Source of the DNA: an uncultured Acidobacteriota bacterium
GTDB taxonomy: Bacteria > Acidobacteriota > Thermoanaerobaculia > Multivoradales > UBA5704
DNA: 64,000 nucleotides
Direction: 5' to 3'
Assembly: GCA_963770895.1 (NCBI GenBank)
Contig: CAVYRF010000001.1
Coordinates: 32,001 to 96,000, forward strand
The notes beneath the pieces were generated by a model. It was not told the DNA's origin. It searched no databases and was given only the letters and a program-made list of their open reading frames with translations. Of this stretch, positions 48,783 through 57,749 are shown piece by piece; position 1 is the first letter of the stretch, and each line of letters begins with the position of its first letter. The translations under genes were made by a program, and so were the position numbers.

Positions 48783-50738
48783 CGCGGTCGCGACCTCCTG
48801 GCACTCGTCCGCGTAGAGGAAGAAAGGCCGGCGTTCCTCCCGCTTCACCTCCTGGCGACTCATGCATGTCTGGTGGAACTTGGAGACGAGGAGACTTCCG
48901 AGGAGAGCGGCGTTCTCGTCGCCGATCGCGCCCTGCGAAAGACGCGCAAGGAAGATCTGGCCCCGGTCCACGATGGAACGCAGATCAAGCCGGCTCTCCC
49001 TGGCGCCCACGATCTGCCGTACCGTCTTATTTCTCAAGAAGCCATCGAGGCGGGTGAGGATCGCGCCCACGCTCTTGCCAGCCGCCAGAGCGAACTCATG
49101 GCGAAAGTATGAAAGGAGGTATGGGTCCTCGACCGCGGCAAGGAGCCGCTCGCGGGTCTGCCGGTCCACGAGGAACTCCCTGAGATCAAGGAGCGTGCTT
49201 CCGGGATTCTCCAGGAGCACCAAGACCGCGTTCCCCAAGACGCTCGTCATCTGGTCGCCCCAGGAGGTCGAGAAGCGCCGGAAGATGCCTACGAGATCCG
49301 AGGCAAGGAGGGTGCGCTCAAGCTCGCTGTGGGCTTCGAGGATGTTCCAGGCAACCGGGTATGCAGTGTCCGCCGGATCGAAGAGGATGGCGTCCGATAG
49401 GCGCCCCTCGGGAATGCGTCCCGCGATCTCGTCTATAAGATCGCCGTGCGGGTCGAGGACGCCCACGCCCAGGCCTTCTTCGATGTCCTGCATAATGAGA
49501 TCAATTAGGAGCGTGGACTTGCCGGAGCCCGAGGCGCCGATCACATGGAGATGCCGGAGCCGCAGATCATTCGGCAGCCGCACCGGCACCGTCTTCCCGT
49601 GGTGCACGTTCTCGCCGAGAAGAATCCCCGCGCCTTGGGAAAGTATGGGCGCCGATTTCGAGCGCCGTATCTCCCGCAGGAGCTTCGGCACCCGAACTGA
49701 AGCGCTTGGGAGGTGCGCGAGGGCCGCCAGCTCATCGCTCCCCACGATCATGCCCGGCCGGCGACTCACTCGGTCGAAGATCTGCTCGGTCGCGTCCTCG
49801 CCCTCCTCGGAGGCGAGCGGGAGAAGCTCGTTGCCGTGAGGCACGCCGAAGTGGGTCAGTGCTCCGGCAAGATCGCGCACGATCCGCCAAGCGCCGGTCT
49901 GGTCCTCACTCTTCGCCGCCACCCGGAGGCAGGCGGCATACAGAGGTCGGGAGACTTTCTCCCGCGCGGCCTTCGTGAGTTCGGGATAGTCGGCGAAGAA
50001 GGGCTCGCCGCCCCCGGTCACGACCGCGCGCATCACGCTCTCCGCCCACCGCTCGCGGACTCGCGCGAAGAGGACTTGCACGAGGCCGGCTTCGCCGGGC
50101 TCAAGCTCGGCCATCGCCCCGAAGAGCGGCAGCAAGGGATCAGGGTCGAGGGAGCGGAAGGAGGCCAAGGGCAGCATGAACTCGCGCGCCAGGCCGAAGT
50201 GTACGAGGACGGTCTCGCCCTCGTGCCTGGTCCACGTCTCACGCAACTTTTCCGACTCACCGGAGATCGAGACCTCAGGGAAGAAGGCGCGGAGCTGGTT
50301 GGCGAGAAGGCCCGCATCCGGGGCGCGGGAGACGAGCTGCACGCGGAGCTGATCCGATAGACCCAGCACCTCGAAGGCCAAGGGCAGCTCGGCGCCGGAG
50401 AGAGCGAGGAGGAAGCGCTCCGCGCTCTCCGCCTTCACCGCCTCGTCCCGCGGCAGGGAGACCACGCACTCGGTGAGCGGTTCGTCGGTCGCGAAGGTCT
50501 CTACCTCGGGCTCTTCGATCTGCGACAGCGCCGGCTCGGGCCGAGTCGGCGCGATGAGGCGACTGAGGAGACCTGGCCGGTGGCCGTCGTCCTTGATGGG
50601 CTGGAGGAAATATCCGGGGAAGGGTACGTAGGGCGGTTCGAGTGCGACCACGGAGGGAAACTCCTGCCAGCCCCGACCGCGCAGTTCCCAGGCGTAGAAC
50701 TGCTCGGTCAGGCGCTCCGGCAGGGTGGGACGGGTCAT
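48783..50738 (-). pseudogene. VirD4/TraD/DUF87-like P-loop ATPase, proximal part (interrupted by IS66)
   Basis: HLHVIGASGSGKST Walker A; VLDPHGDL; FFLYADECQ Walker B; reading frame runs into the IS66 end. Confidence 0.88.
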
Positions 50739-50757
50739 CCGCTATCCCGCGGCGCGA

Positions 50758-51438
50758 TTACCTCTTGCCGCCCGGCTGGAAAGGGATCTTGCGCGCCTCC
50801 TCGGAGAGACCGCGCACGCCTTGGGCGGAAGTCACCTGGTCGATGGCTTCCGTGACCGCATGGTGCACCGACTCGCGGAACATGATCGCGGTGTCCTCGT
50901 TGAAGTATGTCTGCGGACGGAAGATGAGGCCGTAGAAGAAGCCGGTGATCGGCATCGAGAGCACCGTAGGTTCACTTCCGGTCTCGCCATAGCGGACGAG
51001 GAACCCAAGGCCCACGAGGAGGCCGAGGAGGAGCAAGGGGCCGCCCACGACCGCTATGCACCCATGGCCTCCCTCGCTCCCAGGATTGTCGCTCGTGAAC
51101 GCACGAAACATGAAAAAGGCCACAGCCAGCATGACGATTATAAAGAGGAAGTCCAGGAGGACGCGCTTGATCTTCGCAAGCCACCAGGAGAAGAAGTATC
51201 CGGTCCCGAAAGGGGCGGCGCAGATGTCGAAGTTCAGGCCCTCGCGACTGATGCGGAGATAGGCGCGCTTGCCGGAGCCCACGCCGCTTTCCTTCCATTC
51301 CACCTCGGAGATTTTGAGGTTCGGAATCTCGCGGCGGGCAACGCCGGCTTTAACCAATTCATAAAACTCGAGCGATGAGGTCGCAAAGCCCTCGATCAGG
51401 GAGTGCCAGTGGCCTTCGACCTGCGGGTTCTTAGACAT
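50758..51438 (-). CDS. Membrane protein (2-3 TM) of the element backbone
   Basis: GAGG RBS; soluble N-terminus (FDICAAPFGTGYFFSWWL) followed by hydrophobic helices; directly upstream of the ATPase. Confidence 0.75.
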   Translation of the reverse strand: MSKNPQVEGHWHSLIEGFATSSLEFYELVKAGVARREIPNLKISEVEWKESGVGSGKRAYLRISREGLNFDICAAPFGTGYFFSWWLAKIKRVLLDFLFIIVMLAVAFFMFRAFTSDNPGSEGGHGCIAVVGGPLLLLGLLVGLGFLVRYGETGSEPTVLSMPITGFFYGLIFRPQTYFNEDTAIMFRESVHHAVTEAIDQVTSAQGVRGLSEEARKIPFQPGGKR

Positions 51439-51891
51439 TTGTCTACCTCTGAATGGACAGCATCCACACGAAGCTGCGGCGATGTCAGCCTCTCCAAAAT
51501 GCAAACATCCTATACAAACCTGCCGAGGGTCGCATCGTCACATTTCCACATCTCCATATTGTCATTTGTCTTGCAGTGCGACCTCCACTTAAGATATTTC
51601 CATAGTCTATCTCGACTTCAGACAAGAATCGCGACGAAATGCGCTGCCCCGACCGCTCCAGGGGCGACGGGCCTACCGCTTTGGTAAAGGGCGAAGCGAC
51701 ACGAGAGCACCGGAACATGCGCGCATCCGGCACGCGAGACGAGGCCCCCTACTATGCCAATTGAACCCGGCCATCAGCGCACCTCGCATCGTTACGCACG
51801 CGAACTGCGAGTTGCCTCCCATCTCGAAGAACGAGTATGGATTGCGGCGAAGGTCATTAACCTATCCGCGATTTGGAAACGCGGCTAGGCA

Positions 51892-52971
51892 ATGAGCACC
51901 TACTTTAACGCCGCCGGCCTCTCGCTCCCCGTCGAGCCAATTCTTGGTCGAAAGGAATGGGCACCTACTACCGATCACTACGCGACCTATATAAACGGCG
52001 CTTCTATATTGATAACTGGAGCCGCTGGCTCGATCGGTAAGGCGCTAACACAGGATTGCATCCGCTTGGGTGGGAAGGTTGTCGCGCTCGATTCAGACGA
52101 AGAGCGATTGTTTAATCTTAAGCACGACACGATCGCCGGAAGGTGCACTATCGCTCCGGGCGACATAACTGATCGCGCTCAGATCGAAAAGATAGTGCAA
52201 CTTCATTCTCCTCAGATCGTATTTCACCTTGCCGCCCGCAAGCATGTTCCGTTTACGGAGAGTTCCGTGCGCTTCGCGACAGGCACTAATGTACTCGGCA
52301 CTCTCAACGTCCTGGATGCATGTCGAGATGCCCCATCAGTAACGCTTGTAGTGTTCACCTCCTCAGACAAGGCCATACACGCATCCAATGTCTTGGGGAT
52401 TACGAAGCGTATAGGCGAGCTTCTGTTTTTCGGCGCATCCGCCACCTCTAACAAGAGGAACATGCATGCTGTGGCGCGCTTGTGCAACGTGCTTGGCTCG
52501 TCCGGTACAGTAGTCGAGCACTTCGTGAGCAGCGCTCTTCGCGGGACACCTATGACGGTCTACTCTTCCAACTTGTCGCGCTACTTTATCTCTCTCACCG
52601 AAGCTGTCGCGCTTATTAAACTAACTGCATCCCTTTCGTCCCGATGCCTCCTAACCACTCTCCATGTTGGGTCGGCGATAATGATAGCGACGCTGGCTGA
52701 GAGGCTTGGAGAGACATTGCAGGCCCTCGGCTATCCTGCCAAATACGAGGTCATCGAGTCGCTGGATCACTCAGAATCCCGCCACGAGGCTCTTTGGTAT
52801 GACTCAGAGAAGGTAAGCATGGTGTCCGATGAACCCGGCTTGGCATGCATTCGGCCACCGGCACATCACATGATTGGTGACGGCGACTCCCTACGGGCAG
52901 AACTCGGCAAATGCGCAGATGACACTACTCTCCTTGCGATGCTAAGAGAGCTTGCGGCGGCAGCGAGCTAA
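51892..52971 (+). CDS. Stand-alone CapD/WbpM-like NDP-sugar 4,6-dehydratase (extended SDR)
   Basis: ITGAAGSIG, VFHLAARKHVP, TNVLGT, SSDKA..NVLGITKR and RLCNVLGSSG motifs; lacks the N-terminal TM domains of full CapD. Confidence 0.85.
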   Translation: MSTYFNAAGLSLPVEPILGRKEWAPTTDHYATYINGASILITGAAGSIGKALTQDCIRLGGKVVALDSDEERLFNLKHDTIAGRCTIAPGDITDRAQIEKIVQLHSPQIVFHLAARKHVPFTESSVRFATGTNVLGTLNVLDACRDAPSVTLVVFTSSDKAIHASNVLGITKRIGELLFFGASATSNKRNMHAVARLCNVLGSSGTVVEHFVSSALRGTPMTVYSSNLSRYFISLTEAVALIKLTASLSSRCLLTTLHVGSAIMIATLAERLGETLQALGYPAKYEVIESLDHSESRHEALWYDSEKVSMVSDEPGLACIRPPAHHMIGDGDSLRAELGKCADDTTLLAMLRELAAAAS

Positions 52972-52987
52972 GAACGGACGGCGGCTT

Positions 52988-53902
52988 ATGCAAGACTTCG
53001 TAGCCTTTCTGCGCCTCACTGCTATCGGCCTAATAATCCTCTTGGTGGCTGGAGTTCTCGTCTCGCGTTCAATTCTTGGGATTGTAACGAGCTACGGCGC
53101 TAGCGGGCCTGTATTATTTGCTCTTCTGGCCACTCTTGTTGGCCTCTTGGTAGAGCCGCTGCTGCGTCATCATCCTCTGAGCTCCGAGGTCAGAGCGATA
53201 TATGACCACGTCAAGGCGATAATGATTGCAGAAGTGGTTACAGCGCATGGGCCTGACGACTGTGAGCCCGCCATCAAGGACCTAGTGGCCACGCAAGAGC
53301 AGGCTCGCCCGCTTACGCCAGAGTTCTGGAATGTGGTAGCAAAAAGCGTCTACGACTATTTAATTTTCACGTTCCCAGGCACTGATACATATATGCGCAG
53401 AGTCAACCAGCAGATTAGGATCGCCTACTTCTACATACTGATTTGGTATGTTTACAGAGCGAGCATCTCTGCTAGTTTGCTCGCATTGGCCATTAAGTCC
53501 TTCGCCATTGCGAGCACAAACCCAATAGTTAGCTTTGTTGGTGCATTTATCGACCTTCGCTGGATAAACAGCGAAATCTTGCTTGGGCGCCAAAATATAC
53601 TTGAGCTATCGACTTCTCTCTGCATCGTCCTATTCTTGCTATACTTTCCTGCTCGATTTTTCCTGCGAGTCGGCCTAGAGACGATGTCTCTGGAGCTATA
53701 CAGTCGGCATATTGTTGTAATTCAGAACAGAGCCAAAATAGCCGAAATAACCCACCAATTGATGCGTGACGAGGTGGCTATGGCCGCCTTTGGGCGCCGC
53801 ACCTATTCTGTAAAAACTATTCTCGCGCGGAAGCCGTTGGTCTTAGGGTATTGGATTCTTTCTCCGGGACGAGATAGAATGAGAAAAGGAGTCGGCCAGT
53901 AG
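52988..53902 (+). CDS. Uncharacterised multi-pass membrane protein
   Basis: Two N-terminal TM helices, a soluble helical insert, further TM helices; 16 bp after upstream stop. Confidence 0.75.
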   Translation: MQDFVAFLRLTAIGLIILLVAGVLVSRSILGIVTSYGASGPVLFALLATLVGLLVEPLLRHHPLSSEVRAIYDHVKAIMIAEVVTAHGPDDCEPAIKDLVATQEQARPLTPEFWNVVAKSVYDYLIFTFPGTDTYMRRVNQQIRIAYFYILIWYVYRASISASLLALAIKSFAIASTNPIVSFVGAFIDLRWINSEILLGRQNILELSTSLCIVLFLLYFPARFFLRVGLETMSLELYSRHIVVIQNRAKIAEITHQLMRDEVAMAAFGRRTYSVKTILARKPLVLGYWILSPGRDRMRKGVGQ

Positions 53903-53959
53903 TTGCCATCCAGAGACGCGCACAGACCGTGGAAGACTGGCGAAACAGAGGAGAGCACA

Positions 53960-54523
53960 ATGAAACAGAAGAAAGACGCTGCCGAAACCATCTCAAGTGA
54001 AGTCCTCCTCAAGACGAAGCTCTTCGAGGTGCGCAAGGATCTCGCTCGGTTACCAGGAAGGGAAGCGGCGTCGGAGCTATTTGTAATTGGCTTTCGTGAG
54101 GCATGTTCTGTCGTCGCCCTAGACGACCAGAGGCGGATTGCTTTGTTGCGACAGTATCGTTACCCGATTAAGGATTATCTTTTGGAGCTGCCGGCCGGAA
54201 TCAGAGATGACGGCGAGTCGCGCGAGGAATGCGCTGTACGCGAATTAGAAGAAGAGGCTGGGCTGAAGGCTCGCGCCATTACGCCACTTTTGCTCGGTTA
54301 CTACCAGATGTGCAGTGTAGCCAGCCCTATGATGAACATTTTTCTTGCTGAGGACCTAGTGAAAACGAGGACCAAGCATGATGACCTGGAAATAATTAGT
54401 GAAGTTGAGTTCGTGGACTTGGAGGATGCACTGCGCAGTGTTAGGAAGGGAGAGATCAAGAGTGCATTCACAGTGATCGGTATCATACTTGCGGCGCAAG
54501 CGCTTCAAGAGAGGGGGCGATGA
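53960..54523 (+). CDS. Nudix hydrolase (ADP-ribose/NDP-sugar pyrophosphatase type)
   Basis: RQYRYP..ELPAG; complete Nudix box GIRDDGESREECAVRELEEEAGL; GAGGAG RBS. Confidence 0.92.
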   Translation: MKQKKDAAETISSEVLLKTKLFEVRKDLARLPGREAASELFVIGFREACSVVALDDQRRIALLRQYRYPIKDYLLELPAGIRDDGESREECAVRELEEEAGLKARAITPLLLGYYQMCSVASPMMNIFLAEDLVKTRTKHDDLEIISEVEFVDLEDALRSVRKGEIKSAFTVIGIILAAQALQERGR

Positions 54524-55374
54524 ACGCGAGCTGGAATCTGGCAGTTGTCAGCGATAAGGGTTCGACATCAAGCAATGACGACAGTTATTGTATCACTGCG
54601 CTTCCCGGGGGCATCAGGGTCGGTGTATTCGACGGAACTGGGACGGTTGCTAAGAAAGGGAAGCTGACTGGCGGGGATGCCGCTATTGCCGCCAGCGAGG
54701 TTGCTAGCGTTGCACCGCTCGATATGTCACCTTCTGCGATCCTGGGAATTGTTAACGCTCGTATTCGTGAAGTCAACCGGTCGGCAGGAAACGACCTTGC
54801 TGACCCAGTGACTCTGGCCGGTGCAGTGGGTGCGATCGTCACAGTTGATGCAGCCACAAGGGAGATCGAGTACGCACTGGTCGGTGACGTTACAGTTATC
54901 GTCGGTTATGCCCTCAATCAGTATAAGAGTGTTTCCGGAAGCGAGTTTAGGAAATTCTGTAGGCGCACTTACCTGGCAATGGCCGAAGCTAGGCGCAACG
55001 GAATACTCGAACCTGATGAGCAAATCGAATGGGCGCGATCTCAGTTAATAGATAATCGTCGAATGGCGAATGCGGCCGATGGCCATGGCCACGGTATTCT
55101 TAATGGAATGATCTCCGTTGCTCAATATGAGAAGGTAGGGCGGCTTCACCGGGCAGATGGTGAGTTCATGGCTATAGTGACTGACGGAATGCTGGCGCCT
55201 GCGCTGGCGATAGACTCACAGGAAGACTTGGAGGCGGACATTAATATAATTAGGGACCGCGGACTGCAAAGTCTTCTGGAATCGACGCGCGCGATCGAGA
55301 ACTCTGATCCATTGCTCTTCAGGCCAAGAACAAAGGTTCACGATGACGCGACAGGAGTCATTATTAGGTTCTAG
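54520..55374 (+). CDS. PP2C/PPM-family phosphatase
   Basis: NDDS, GVFDG, VGDV, VTDGM and HDDAT metal-binding motifs; ATGA overlap with the Nudix stop. Confidence 0.85.
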   Translation: MNASWNLAVVSDKGSTSSNDDSYCITALPGGIRVGVFDGTGTVAKKGKLTGGDAAIAASEVASVAPLDMSPSAILGIVNARIREVNRSAGNDLADPVTLAGAVGAIVTVDAATREIEYALVGDVTVIVGYALNQYKSVSGSEFRKFCRRTYLAMAEARRNGILEPDEQIEWARSQLIDNRRMANAADGHGHGILNGMISVAQYEKVGRLHRADGEFMAIVTDGMLAPALAIDSQEDLEADINIIRDRGLQSLLESTRAIENSDPLLFRPRTKVHDDATGVIIRF

Positions 55375-56555
55375 ATCTGTGCCACCGGCAAACGTAGTGT
55401 GACCGTCTCCCCACTGAATGGTCGTGTCACCGCGCCATCCACCATAAGCCGCACGTAGATCTCGTGGTTCGGGAGGTTCGTGAGGTCTCTCGCCTCGAAC
55501 TCCGGGGCGAACTCCTGGGCCAAGATCCGGGCATCGGTCGGCCCCACCCGGAAGGAGATGAGGGTGCCGACGTTCCCAAGGATCGCATGCCGGATCTCCG
55601 GGTCGAGCTGGTCAAGATACTGGTTGGCGAGGATCAGGGAGACCCGGTATTTCCTCAGCTCCGAGAGCATGGCGGTCAGGTTCTTGGTGGCGAAGGTCTG
55701 GAACTCATCGAGGTAGAGGAAGAAGTCCGCCCGGCGCTCCTCCGGCAGCTCCGCCCGCGCCAGGCCATGGAGCGCGATCTGAGCTACGAGGAGGGAGCCC
55801 AAGAGCATCGCCGGCCCTTCGCCCAGCCTTCCCTTCGAGAGATTTACGAGGAGGATGCGCCGCTCGTCCATGATCCGCCGCAGATCGAGGCCCCGTGGGA
55901 CGGAAAGAACCCGGCGCATCACGGGATCGGTCAGGAATGCCCCGAGCTTGTTCTCCAATGGGGCGACGACAGTAGCCCGGAGGCTCTTCGAGTATTCCTC
56001 GTACTCCTCGCGCCAGAAGGAGCGCACGGCAGAGTTCGTGACCCGCTCAACAGCGCGTTCGCGGTAGCCAGAGTCGTGGAGGAGGCGGCCAATGTCGCCC
56101 ATGGTGGCCTCCGGCTGTTCGAGGAGGGCGAAGAGCGCATTGCGCAGGAGGTGTTCTACTCTCGGCCCCCAGGAGTCGAGCCAGGTCTTCTTGAAGACCT
56201 CCACAAGCCCGGCGACCGCGAGGGAGCGCTTCGCAGGAGGAACCGCGGCCAGGGGGTTGAAGCCAAAGCCGGAACCGGTCGCAGGATCGAAGAGGACGAC
56301 ATCCGATCGGCGCCGCTCGGGAATCCAAGCGTGAAGCCGCTCCACGAGATCGCCGTGCGGGTCCACGACCGCGCAGCCATCGCCCTTGCCGATGTCCTGC
56401 CGCAGGAGGGTCTGAAGGAGCGTGGACTTGCCGGCGCCGGTTTTGCCGATCACGTACATATGGGAGCGGCGGTCGGCGCGCCGGATGCCGAAGATACGGC
56501 GGTTACCGCGGAAGTTCGTGCGTGCGAAGAAGGAAAGATCGTGCGCGTCCGGCAT
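55371..56555 (-). CDS. VirD4/TraD-like (type IV secretion DNA-binding domain) ATPase
   Basis: HMYVIGKTGAGKST, VDPHGDL, FFLYLDEFQ, SELRKY..LILANQ and ILGNVGTLISFRVG motifs. Confidence 0.9.
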   Translation of the reverse strand: MPDAHDLSFFARTNFRGNRRIFGIRRADRRSHMYVIGKTGAGKSTLLQTLLRQDIGKGDGCAVVDPHGDLVERLHAWIPERRRSDVVLFDPATGSGFGFNPLAAVPPAKRSLAVAGLVEVFKKTWLDSWGPRVEHLLRNALFALLEQPEATMGDIGRLLHDSGYRERAVERVTNSAVRSFWREEYEEYSKSLRATVVAPLENKLGAFLTDPVMRRVLSVPRGLDLRRIMDERRILLVNLSKGRLGEGPAMLLGSLLVAQIALHGLARAELPEERRADFFLYLDEFQTFATKNLTAMLSELRKYRVSLILANQYLDQLDPEIRHAILGNVGTLISFRVGPTDARILAQEFAPEFEARDLTNLPNHEIYVRLMVDGAVTRPFSGETVTLRLPVAQI

Positions 56556-56607
56556 TGCCTCATCTTCGCTCGTAGCGGCGCGCGGGAAAGGCCGCTCGCT
56601 ATGCCGC

Positions 56608-57126
56608 CTACGGATTCGCGAGATGGTCCGTGCTTGCGCTGGATCGCGCGACCTGTGCCGCCGCGAGGCCGACGGCATCGAACACGTTCATGCGCGGGTC
56701 CTCCGTCATCCAGACCTTGCGCTTCCACGGCAGCCGGTCGCCGAGGTCCGGGAAAATCTCGGCGAGACGCACCGCCACCTCGTACTTGCCCTTGCCCGGC
56801 GCGAAGGTATCGAGAACGGTGAGGCGCGAGACCCTCTCGACCGGCACGCCGCGCTTCAATGCAAGGCGTTCCAGGGAGCGAATCTCCCCTCGGGCGCGCT
56901 TGCGGCGTCGGGCGCCAGGGGCCGTGGTGTCCTCAAGGACAAGGACCGCCGGGTGGTGCTTGGAGAGGAGAACTTCCACCTTGCGCACGAGCGCGCCGGT
57001 CTTCGGGAGAGCGGTCCTCTGCCCGCGGTCCACGAGGTGGAGTGGCGCTTCAAGGACGGCGAAGGCAAAGCCCGTTCTCGTAGGGTCGATGGCGATATAG
57101 GTAATGGGCGCGGGGAGGTTCGACAT
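56608..57126 (-). CDS. RuvC/RNase H-fold nuclease-like protein
   Basis: IAIDP...FAFAV (beta1-beta2), VLVLED and C-terminal FDAVGLA: the D-E-D pattern of RuvC-like resolvases. Confidence 0.7.
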   Translation of the reverse strand: MSNLPAPITYIAIDPTRTGFAFAVLEAPLHLVDRGQRTALPKTGALVRKVEVLLSKHHPAVLVLEDTTAPGARRRKRARGEIRSLERLALKRGVPVERVSRLTVLDTFAPGKGKYEVAVRLAEIFPDLGDRLPWKRKVWMTEDPRMNVFDAVGLAAAQVARSSASTDHLANP

Positions 57127-57127
57127 C

Positions 57128-57451
57128 TCAGGCGGCGCGATGGGAGGCGGAGCCGACCGATGCTCCCCGGTGTTTCTCTTTCAGCACTTCGAGCTTCCGC
57201 CGCCGCGCTTCAACCTCCCTCTGGATCGCCTCGTATCTACCGCGGAAGAGCTTCGCGACCGGCTCCCCGAGCGCGGCCTCGTAAGCAAGGCCGGATTCCA
57301 AGGAAGGGATGCGAAGTCCCGACTCGTAGCGCGACACCTTGGCCGGGGTCGAGGCGCCCAGGAGATACGCGAGCTCCTTCTGCGAGAGGTGCGCGTGGCG
57401 TCGGTAGCTTTTGAGGTAGTAGTGGAGTGGGCGTCCGTCGAAATGCATCAT
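57128..57451 (-). CDS. XRE-family HTH protein
   Basis: YLKSYRRHAHLSQKELAYLLG...VSRYESGLRIPSL. Confidence 0.85.
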   Translation of the reverse strand: MMHFDGRPLHYYLKSYRRHAHLSQKELAYLLGASTPAKVSRYESGLRIPSLESGLAYEAALGEPVAKLFRGRYEAIQREVEARRRKLEVLKEKHRGASVGSASHRAA

Positions 57452-57608
57452 GGCGACATGAAGAATAAGCGGCGAGCGAGGTCGTTTGTAGAGGGAGAAA
57501 TGTTCCGCGGGCGGAACGTTCTCAGAGCGCAGACTGAAAGGAGAAGATTGGAGGGGGCTATCCTGCCTGCGGCGAAGCGACGGCAGAGACAAAAACAATT
57601 ACTTTCAT

Positions 57609-57637
57609 ATTATACTACAATATTGTTATCTCGTCAA
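57609..57637 (-). promoter_or_regulatory. Near-consensus sigma70 promoter with palindromic spacer
   Basis: Minus strand TTGACG-17 bp-TATAAT; spacer contains ACAATATTGT palindrome; faces the HTH-RuvC-ATPase genes. Confidence 0.8.
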
Positions 57638-57749
57638 TTGCAAGGTGAGCGAGGGCAGCCCCCGTCCGGGGACTTGAGGACATCGGGGACATTCTGCGGG
57701 AATGAGAAATGTGACGGGTTGTGTCCGGCGGACCTTTGCGCCATATAGC

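Noticed and set aside
51754-51888. 44-codon ORF in frame with the dehydratase, separated by one TAG (possible readthrough or leader peptide)
   Set aside because: No convincing RBS, no similarity to CapD upstream domains by eye, and no recoding signal identifiable.
56608-57126. RuvC-like protein as a miniature Cas12/TnpB effector
   Set aside because: Only 172 aa, no zinc finger or recognition lobe, and no adjacent array or IS ends; it looks like a stand-alone resolvase fold.
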